Of a DNA stretch of 64,000 bases, positions 1 through 7,253 are shown in pieces. The position numbers and the translations under genes are program-made. Location: assembly GCA_963662285.2 (NCBI GenBank), contig CAXXMV010000001.1, positions 704,001-768,000 on the forward strand. The letters are read 5' to 3'. Source of the DNA: a bacterium. Lineage in GTDB: Bacteria > Hinthialibacterota > Hinthialibacteria > Hinthialibacterales > Hinthialibacteraceae. Numbering within the stretch: position 1 is the first letter of the stretch; every line of letters starts with the position of its first letter. The notes under the pieces were generated by a model. It saw only the letters and a list, made by a program, of their open reading frames with translations, did not search any database and was not told where the DNA came from.

Positions 1-2
1 CC

Positions 3-839
3 TTGCTGGCTGTGTTCGCTCCATTGCTCAGTTCGTATCGTTATGACGGGAGTATGCCTGACAGCGTTGAAGGCATGGCGCAGACTGATAATGCGGATCA
101 GTTGCGTCAGTCGTTGCAGGCGCCATCTGGTCAACACTACCTGGGGACGGATAAATTCGGACGCGACGTATTCACCCGCGTGCTTTACGGGGGACGCATC
201 TCGTTGTTCGTCGGTTTTATATCACAGGGTATCGCGTTGGCCATCGGGGTTCCGCTGGGTTGTCTGGCAGGTTATTTCCGCGGTAAGACCGATGCGGTGG
301 TTATGTGGCTGGTTAATGTGTTCTGGTCGTTTCCTTACTTGCTGCTGGTGCTGGCTATGAATATCGCCATGACCCATCTTATTGAATCATCTATTGTGCG
401 GGTGTTTATAGCGGTGGGGCTGGTCAGTTGGGTGTTGATCGCCCGTATTGTGCGCGGGCAGGTGATGTCGATTAAAGAAAACGCTTATGTGGAAGCGGCG
501 CGGGCTTTTGGATTTAATCCAGCGCGTATCATCATCCGGCATCTGTTGCCTAATATCATCACCCCTATCTTCGTAGTGGTGACGCTGGGATTCGCTGAAG
601 CTATCATCGCTGAAGCGGCGCTCAGTTTTCTCGGTTTGGGAGTTATGCCGCCTACGCCCAGCTGGGGACGCATGATCTATGAAGGGTATTTTTATATTTA
701 CACAGATATGGGGTGGTGGGTTGCAGTATTTCCAGGTTTTGCCATAATGGTTGCCGTTCTAGGTCTCAATTTATTGGGTGATGGGCTGCGCGATTATCTT
801 GATCCTCACCTGAAAGATGAACTGGAAGGCGTCAGGTGA
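3..839 (+). CDS. Peptide ABC transporter permease (OppC/DppC family), 5'-truncated by window edge
   Basis: HYLGTDKFGRDV motif, EAA loop (YVEAARAFG), LSFLGLG..PSWG and LGDGLRD motifs; several TM segments. Confidence 0.92.
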   Translation: MLAVFAPLLSSYRYDGSMPDSVEGMAQTDNADQLRQSLQAPSGQHYLGTDKFGRDVFTRVLYGGRISLFVGFISQGIALAIGVPLGCLAGYFRGKTDAVVMWLVNVFWSFPYLLLVLAMNIAMTHLIESSIVRVFIAVGLVSWVLIARIVRGQVMSIKENAYVEAARAFGFNPARIIIRHLLPNIITPIFVVVTLGFAEAIIAEAALSFLGLGVMPPTPSWGRMIYEGYFYIYTDMGWWVAVFPGFAIMVAVLGLNLLGDGLRDYLDPHLKDELEGVR

Positions 840-2416
840 TACGGCAATCAGAAGATATCCCATATAATTCCTTACGAGCAAAACCATTCTTAGCATATCT
901 GCGCGATCCTTACTTGTGGGTAATCGCGCTGGGGCAGATTGCCCTGAATATAGGCTTCATGGCCAGACGCACCCTGTGGCTGGATGAGGCCTATTCAGCC
1001 TTAATGGCGCGACGTTCGATCACTGAAATACATAAAGCATTGCGCTTCGACGCCGGACCGCCGCTGTATTACGACCTGCTGCATATATGGCGCATGATGG
1101 CGGGTGAATCGGAACTGGCCTTGCGTTCGCTATCGCTTTTATGCAGCGTTTTTGCGGTGATAGTAATTTATTATTGCGCGGCGCGGTTTTGGAATCGCCA
1201 TGCGGCGTTGCTGGCGGCCGGCCTGTTCGCCTTCACTCCATTGACTACTGCTTATATACATGAAGTACGCAATTACACCTTGCTGGCGGCGCTCAGCGCG
1301 GCATTGGTTCTGGTTTTGATGGAGCATTTAGATAAACCAGGGCGCTGGACTGTGATACTATGCGGCGTGATTGGATTGGGAGTGGTTTACACTCATAACC
1401 TGGGGTGGTTCCTGATGCCCGGCGTTTTGCTGTGCGTGTGGTTGTATGCTAAAAAAGTCAAGGATTTGACCGGACTACTGATTTGCGGGATTGGAGCGCT
1501 GGTTTTTTATGCTCCCTGGATTCCAACTTTATTGGCGCAGATGCGCAACAGCGAACGCTCCATCGCCTGGGCGGCGAATTTCTGGTCACCCTGGTCTTTG
1601 ATTTATACCTTCAGCGCCTATATCCCCGGTGGGATGACGCCATCATATCTTGACCTGCCTAGTTTCCCCAATGGGCTGCAAGCCATCAACGCTTTAATGT
1701 GGATTACCATATTCGCTTTAGCGTGCATCGCCGCATACCGCAAACGAGACAGGAAAGCGGCGCTTATATTAATCATCTTAGTCAGTGGATTGGTTGGTCC
1801 ATATTTATATTCATTAATTAGGACGCCGATCTATCTGGTAGGTAGAACCGATTATGGTTTATTGCCTTTTTGGTGTTTATTCACCGGATACGGTATATCA
1901 AAGATTCCCTGGCGCAGAGCGCAGATGGGCTTTGCTATAGTATTCCTGCTTCAGGCGGGTTATATCAATTATGAATTACTGACGCGGGATGATCCCCTAT
2001 CGGAACGCGATATCATTGTTTACCTGCAACGCAACACGCAACCAGGCGATGTTGTATTGTTCACCGGATTGACCCGGCCTTCGTTGGAGTATGCTTTAGA
2101 TGAGCAAGGCTTAAGATTTGAATCCTATCCACGTGACATGAACAAACATCTGGCTCATCTCAACGAGTCGTGGTACATGGAAAATATCGATTTAGATAAA
2201 GAGGCCGAATCTGTCTTAACAGATATCAGCCGGAATATTCCCGACGGCGCCAGTATTTGGGTGGCCGCCAGCCGCCGTCCTGTCAATGGGGCGCTATTAA
2301 CCCTGATTAAAGAAGAACGCCTGACGACCTTAGTTAAACGGATTTCCACGCCCAGTATGGGTTTACGGAAATTGAATGAACCTGTTTTTCTGGTTAAATT
2401 ACAAAAATTACGTTAA
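836..2416 (+). CDS. GT-C fold membrane glycosyltransferase (ArnT/PMT, GT39-like)
   Basis: LWLDEAYS followed by DAGPPLYY and EVRNY motifs, many TM helices; GTGA overlap with the upstream gene. Confidence 0.85.
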   Translation: MIRQSEDIPYNSLRAKPFLAYLRDPYLWVIALGQIALNIGFMARRTLWLDEAYSALMARRSITEIHKALRFDAGPPLYYDLLHIWRMMAGESELALRSLSLLCSVFAVIVIYYCAARFWNRHAALLAAGLFAFTPLTTAYIHEVRNYTLLAALSAALVLVLMEHLDKPGRWTVILCGVIGLGVVYTHNLGWFLMPGVLLCVWLYAKKVKDLTGLLICGIGALVFYAPWIPTLLAQMRNSERSIAWAANFWSPWSLIYTFSAYIPGGMTPSYLDLPSFPNGLQAINALMWITIFALACIAAYRKRDRKAALILIILVSGLVGPYLYSLIRTPIYLVGRTDYGLLPFWCLFTGYGISKIPWRRAQMGFAIVFLLQAGYINYELLTRDDPLSERDIIVYLQRNTQPGDVVLFTGLTRPSLEYALDEQGLRFESYPRDMNKHLAHLNESWYMENIDLDKEAESVLTDISRNIPDGASIWVAASRRPVNGALLTLIKEERLTTLVKRISTPSMGLRKLNEPVFLVKLQKLR

Positions 2417-2464
2417 ACCAGGCATTGATAGTATGATAAAGGTTATCTAGATATTGAGTGGCTT

Positions 2465-2505
2465 AATCAAGGGCTGGCCGCAATGCGGCCTTGCCCTTGG
2501 CACCC
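2465..2505 (+). repeat. REP-like palindrome, family A (TCAAGGGC...GCCCTTGGCACCC)
   Basis: Same arms recur at 30472-30506, 61228-61262 (-) and 61395-61427. Confidence 0.8.
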
Positions 2506-2559
2506 ATTCTTGGCGCACATACTTGGCGCCCGTTAATCCGGCGGCAAGGGCGGTCAACT

Positions 2560-4245
2560 ATGATGCATGAGATACCCAAACCAAGAGACGCACAGTTTAA
2601 CCGTATGGCGGAGATCACGGCGCTGGGCGTGGTATTGCTGCCAGTGATGCTATTGCGCGTCTTTTATATCAATGCATATCTTGAATTGATGCCTTACGCC
2701 ATCCATCCGTTGAACGACGCCCGCATGTATTGGGATCTGAGCCGCGCCATATTGCAGGATGGTTGGCTGCTGCCCGGTGAGGGACCTTTTTATCAGGCGC
2801 CATTGTATCCATACATGCTCGCCCTGCTGCAAAGTTTTGGGATTTACCAGATCGAATCGATCATACGGCTGCAAAGTTTGCTGGGGGTTATTACTACGCT
2901 TCAGGTTTATCTTTTAGCGCGCTTTATGCTGCCGATCAGATGGTCAACCGTTGCCGCCTTGTTATTCGGGCTTTGCCATTATCCGCTCTTTTTTGAAAGC
3001 AAGGTTCTGGCTGCCGCTCCGGGCATGGCGCTGTTTCTGCTTTTTGCTTTGAGTTACGCTTTATGGTTGAAGAAGCAGAAAACTATTTGGTTGATGAGCA
3101 GCGCGATGATATTCAGTCTTGCCGTATTGTGCCGCGCTAACCTGATATTCGCGCTGCCGTTTCTGTTGATTCACATTGCCGGGCCTTGGTCGAAATCTTT
3201 TGTTTTAAGAAATGAATGGCGGGGCGCTTTAACCAGAGTGATGATCTTTCTGGTTATTTTCATCGCCGGGATTCTGCCCGTTACGCTGCGCAATTATTTT
3301 GTTGGTGGAAGTTTGGTTCCCATCAGCGCCAACTCGGGCGTTACGCTTTATATGGGAACCAATAGCCAGGCTGCTGGAGGGCTGGCGCCGGTGACAGGTT
3401 TATCGAACGACATCGCTCAACAGAAAACCGGCAGCATCGCATTGGCTTCGAAATTGGCAGGGGAAGATTTTACGCCCGCTGAAGCGTCAAACTTCTGGGT
3501 GAAGAAAACCGTGAGATGGATTATGCATAACCCGGCGAGTTTTATTATTCTGGAAGGGAAAAAATTACTCTGGTCATTATACCAGGCGCCCCCGGCGGTA
3601 AATTATTCATCGCATTTCGAGGAGCAATGGATAGCCATACTGAGAGTGATGAAATGGTTTACCGGGATAACGGTGTGGGCTGGTTTGGTGGGATTGCCCT
3701 TATTGCTAATCAACGGCAACCGCAACAAGACATTCTTGCTCAGTTTGCTGGGCGGATATGTATTATTGTGCCTGGTGTTTTACGCTTCGGATCGTTTTCT
3801 ATGTTCAGCGCTTCCCTTTTTGGCTATAAGCGGCGCTTGCGCTGGAGAACAGTTTGTTAAAATGATTCATGACAAACGGGAATATTTTTCACTGCATAAA
3901 AAAGTAGTTTTATTGTTGACGTCTTGGATAATACTCTCAGCAGGTTTCGTGTTCAATCCAACCTTGAATTTTAATACGGAAAAAGAGATCGGAATGGGGT
4001 GGTATAATCTGGGAGCGTATTACGAAGGACGCAATAATCCAGTTGAAGCATTGCAGGCTTATGAGAATGCGATTGACTACCTGCCGGAGTTCCCTTCTCT
4101 TTTGCTGAACCTGGGCGTGTTGTACGGCCGTAATAATGACCTGGAGAGATCGACGGATTTATTCAAACGCGTATTGCAAATTGATCCCGCCAACCAGAAA
4201 GCCAAGGATAACCTGCGCATCAATCATAACCGCCAATACCGTTGA
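2560..4245 (+). CDS. GT-C membrane glycosyltransferase-like protein with C-terminal TPR repeats
   Basis: DARMY..FYQAPLYPY, RN..G..VPISANSG..LYMG motifs, TM helices, TPR helices (WYNLG, LLNLG). The track start at 2491 lies inside a repeat, so ATG 2560 is preferred. Confidence 0.8.
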   Translation: MMHEIPKPRDAQFNRMAEITALGVVLLPVMLLRVFYINAYLELMPYAIHPLNDARMYWDLSRAILQDGWLLPGEGPFYQAPLYPYMLALLQSFGIYQIESIIRLQSLLGVITTLQVYLLARFMLPIRWSTVAALLFGLCHYPLFFESKVLAAAPGMALFLLFALSYALWLKKQKTIWLMSSAMIFSLAVLCRANLIFALPFLLIHIAGPWSKSFVLRNEWRGALTRVMIFLVIFIAGILPVTLRNYFVGGSLVPISANSGVTLYMGTNSQAAGGLAPVTGLSNDIAQQKTGSIALASKLAGEDFTPAEASNFWVKKTVRWIMHNPASFIILEGKKLLWSLYQAPPAVNYSSHFEEQWIAILRVMKWFTGITVWAGLVGLPLLLINGNRNKTFLLSLLGGYVLLCLVFYASDRFLCSALPFLAISGACAGEQFVKMIHDKREYFSLHKKVVLLLTSWIILSAGFVFNPTLNFNTEKEIGMGWYNLGAYYEGRNNPVEALQAYENAIDYLPEFPSLLLNLGVLYGRNNDLERSTDLFKRVLQIDPANQKAKDNLRINHNRQYR

Positions 4246-4377
4246 TCAGGAAAACTCTCAGAAATTCCCCGATTTTTTTTATATTTTTTTTGAATTAAAA
4301 AATAAAACCGCTCGTATAAGTATGTGAATGCCATGGCAAGCAATTGAAAACTCAAGATGACATAGGAGGAAGAACCG

Positions 4378-4452
4378 ATGAGATTTCTAGCCGCTTTGCC
4401 AATAATAGGTTTCTACTTGTTTCTAATGGTTCAGATGTTGGCCATGCTGTAG
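4378..4452 (+). CDS. Small hydrophobic peptide, 24 aa (MRFLAALPIIGFYLFLMVQMLAML); candidate type I toxin or small membrane protein
   Basis: AGGAGG RBS at 4364-4369; clear paralogy to 6811-6894; single TM-length hydrophobic stretch. Confidence 0.75.
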   Translation: MRFLAALPIIGFYLFLMVQMLAML

Positions 4453-4485
4453 ATAGAATTACTTCACCAAGATCATTCTCAATAA

Positions 4486-4587
4486 TTATTGATTGCCCTT
4501 CTCATATAGTGTTAAAGGTTCATATCGAAAGTTCAAGGTCTAATTGTAAGGGCTTTGAACTTTCGTTGAATAAGGGGTTATCAATAA
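4486..4587. other. Long nested hairpin (structured RNA or terminator) between peptide gene and convergent CDS
   Basis: Inner stem CGAAAGTTCAAG(4526)/TTTGAACTTTCG(4565); outer stem TTATTGATTGCCCTT(4486)/AAGGGGTTATCAATAA(4587). Confidence 0.6.
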
Positions 4588-4640
4588 ACCTGTGATCAGG
4601 AATAATGCGCAGAAGAACAACAGGCATCGGCAGGGAACTA

Positions 4641-5345
4641 TTAGTTCGATATCCATAAACTTCTTAGGTAGAGGCTTATTATGGTTATAATACTTCCTGT
4701 TAAAAATGCAATAATCCAATTAATAATTTTTTCTCTGTTTCTTTTTTGATCTTTTTCAGTAATCTCTTTCTGCTCTTTATCACTGAATTCGATCAAAGCG
4801 TCGTTATGACTCAATACATCATCTAAAAAAGCAAGAAGTTCATTTACGATATCATAATATTGACTTACTTCATCTAATAAAGAATTCCCACTTTTTCCTA
4901 TATCTTTTCTTGTACGGATATCAGATATTTCCGTCGATATTTTTATTATTCTTGGTTTTGTAATTGTGTAGTAGGTAGGAATTACTGATTTGATACACTC
5001 ATTTGAATGAGGATTTATAATATCTAAAATTGATTCCTTGATTGTTACGCCCAACCAATCAGCTGCATCAAAGAAGGCACGATACAAATGGCCTATCACC
5101 TTTTCATATTGTTGTTCTATATATTTTTCTTTTTTTTCTTTTTCATCTAATCCTATTTCAACTGCTTTGGCTCGCATAAAATGATCGAAGGCATCTCTTT
5201 GCTCTAGAACAGGCTGTAGGAAATCATCAGTTTTAATCCCAAGCTCTTCTGCTCTGATGATCATTTTTCGTAGATTATGGTATAAATTAATTATCTTCAC
5301 CCATGGTACTTTAGACATTTCATTAGTACACATAAATACCCTCAT
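4641..5345 (-). CDS. Hypothetical helical protein with C-terminal TM helix
   Basis: 234-aa AT-rich ORF; QPVLEQRDAFDHFMRA and GHLYRAFFD motifs; hydrophobic C-terminus. Confidence 0.75.
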   Translation of the reverse strand: MRVFMCTNEMSKVPWVKIINLYHNLRKMIIRAEELGIKTDDFLQPVLEQRDAFDHFMRAKAVEIGLDEKEKKEKYIEQQYEKVIGHLYRAFFDAADWLGVTIKESILDIINPHSNECIKSVIPTYYTITKPRIIKISTEISDIRTRKDIGKSGNSLLDEVSQYYDIVNELLAFLDDVLSHNDALIEFSDKEQKEITEKDQKRNREKIINWIIAFLTGSIITIISLYLRSLWISN

Positions 5346-5390
5346 CCTTTTTAATTGATAAAAGAAGTTATGATTGGAAAGAATAATTAG

Positions 5391-5603
5391 TTATTTTGCA
5401 GCGAAAGCTTTGGAGATTTTCCTGCTATGCTCTTCGTATTCTTTGTCAGTAAAGAATCTTCCTGTTGAGACGCGTACGCTTCCTCGGAAACGTATACTTT
5501 CGCGGTTAGATATTACCCTAGTTTTTTCGGTTATTTCTGATGGTTTGTAATCTCTGTCTAACATGTCAACACTCTGCTTTTCTCCCATGTTACTCAACCC
5601 CAT
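5391..5603 (-). CDS. Small hypothetical protein (RGSVRxxxGxFxT motif)
   Basis: 70-aa ORF co-oriented and 45 bp upstream of 4641-5345; protein-like charged composition. Confidence 0.6.
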   Translation of the reverse strand: MGLSNMGEKQSVDMLDRDYKPSEITEKTRVISNRESIRFRGSVRVSTGRFFTDKEYEEHSRKISKAFAAK

Positions 5604-5798
5604 TTTCTTAGAAGATTAAAACCTCAAAAAGATATAGCCTTTAAATTCTTTGCTGAAATTTTAACCACAATGACACCCAGGATGTGTTTGGGACAAAAAA
5701 AGGTGATGAATACATGAAGCATATAAATACCCTAAAATCTGGATATACTGCTTCTTTACTCCGACAACCCTAATTTATACGTAAATAATCATATTAGA

Positions 5799-5827
5799 TA
5801 CATACCTCGCGCAGCCCTAGATGTCAA
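5799..5827 (-). promoter_or_regulatory. Putative sigma70 promoter for the 5603/5345 cassette
   Basis: Minus strand TTGACA-17bp-TATGTA; perfect -35, imperfect -10. Confidence 0.4.
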
Positions 5828-6004
5828 GCTCAAATATTGAAATTATTTATTTTTTCAATCCAGCCCGATGACAACTCAGACATGAGTCAAAATATATTTC
5901 AATTACTAAATATTAACATCAATAGACGACAATGATAAGGCAGCAAAGCATTTAGCCCTCAAGCAATCACAAAAGGAATCTTTCAATAGAGTATTCATAA
6001 AATC

Positions 6005-6448
6005 TCACTTCAAAAAATGCAGCAGCCGGATATACCAGGGCTTTTGATAAATCAACGCCTTTTCGATAGTTTTCGAGAACTGATCCGGATCCAATGGTCT
6101 TTGCAGAATATAGCGGATTCGATATTTACGGAAATGCTTCAAATCCTGCGGAGAACAATTGGAGGTAACGATAATTAACTGCGATGGCTTCATGACGTCT
6201 TTCATCAGCCAGGTGAGGTAGTTCATATCCAGGTTATCTTCGGCTTGACCAATGATGCCGAGATCGTATTTCTCATTCTCGGCGTGATCCCATCCATCCA
6301 TATCCGATTGGGAAAAGAACACCACCCACGAACGGTCGGCGGCGCAATCCTCCAGGAATGTTTTTTCCGAGTCGTTCAATCCGATTGCCAGGATGTGGAT
6401 ATTGAGATCCTTACGATTGATTTTCAAACGCTTCGACATTAAGCCCAC
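6005..6448 (-). CDS. Stand-alone atypical (pseudo) receiver-domain protein
   Basis: CheY-like pattern (YDLGIIG, LIIVTS, YILQRP) lacking the phospho-acceptor Asp and with R in place of the conserved K. Confidence 0.7.
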   Translation of the reverse strand: MGLMSKRLKINRKDLNIHILAIGLNDSEKTFLEDCAADRSWVVFFSQSDMDGWDHAENEKYDLGIIGQAEDNLDMNYLTWLMKDVMKPSQLIIVTSNCSPQDLKHFRKYRIRYILQRPLDPDQFSKTIEKALIYQKPWYIRLLHFLK

Positions 6449-6810
6449 CTCTTCAAACTATAATGGTATTTCAAATCATCACCATGCGGCGAGGGGACGC
6501 AAATCTTTTTTTCTTTGTCATACTCCATTCTAGCCTAATTCACGTATCTCAAGTATTAAAAAAAAACATACACTTCGTTTAACCGCGATAACTCTGCGAT
6601 TCAAAAATTTCATGTCACGCTAAACCAAGGCATTTTGAAAAAGTTAATGATATATGAGACGTGGAGACAAATGATTATATAAAATAATAATGTTTTTTAG
6701 CAAAAAGTTTTGACAAAATCAAATTTGAGCGATTTACTTATTTCAGGATCAACTTTACTAGCGCTAGCAAGCAATGTGAGGAGCAATTAAAATCACAGGA
6801 GGTTAAGACT

Positions 6811-6894
6811 ATGAAATTCGTTGCGTTTCTTCCGTTAATTGGCGTTTACGTTTTTCTTATGGTTCAACTCATCCAATTGCTAGCGCTGCTGTGA
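6811..6894 (+). CDS. Small hydrophobic peptide, 27 aa (MKFVAFLPLIGVYVFLMVQLIQLLALL); paralog of 4378-4452
   Basis: AGGAGG RBS at 6797-6802; TTGACA at 6710; downstream terminator; 16 identities with the 24-aa peptide. Confidence 0.78.
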   Translation: MKFVAFLPLIGVYVFLMVQLIQLLALL

Positions 6895-6937
6895 AGTGAA
6901 AAAACGTAATTAACATATATTTTTACTTAAAATACGG

Positions 6938-6990
6938 AAAAGGCTCTGTTCGGTTCGCTTTTTGGAGGTGAATCGGATATGCCTTTTTTC
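6938..6990 (+). terminator. Intrinsic terminator downstream of peptide gene 2
   Basis: AAAAGGC...TTCGGTTCGCTT/AGGTGAATCGGA...GCCTTTTTT; G-U pairs make the stem valid on the + strand. Confidence 0.65.
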
Positions 6991-7253
6991 GTGTTTTTGT
7001 TTCGGGGTAAAAGCGAATATCCCCCGATAATTATAATGATCGAATGATAAACTAATGTTCAATAGAATTTGGCCGATATTCATATTACTAACTGTTTTGA
7101 AATTCCGAGGCCATTTGCAAGAGTGAAAATGATATTGTTTTTAATCAATTATATCTATATAATACCCTCTTGCATGATGCTTTAGCGTATATTTCTTAAA
7201 GGTAATACTTAATCTCGGATAGAGATTTGCCGATACTCATTCAAGAGGAACCA

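Noticed and set aside
4344-4595. 83-aa ORF from the track (TTG start)
   Set aside because: No RBS and it runs through the long hairpin; the overlapping 24-aa frame has the RBS and a paralog
5715-5774. 19-aa ORF MKHINTLKSGYTASLLRQP after AAGGTGA
   Set aside because: No similarity to the peptide family or other support; antisense to the cassette's leader
5941-5980. CAAGCAATCACAAAAGG resembling the peptide-gene leader
   Set aside because: No start codon or homologous ORF follows; probably chance
7053-7236. Two TAAT-N15-GCCGATA sigma28-like motifs upstream of ftsK
   Set aside because: The -35 deviates from TAAA, the region is AT-rich and sigma28 control of ftsK is not expected; too weak without a PWM or TSS data
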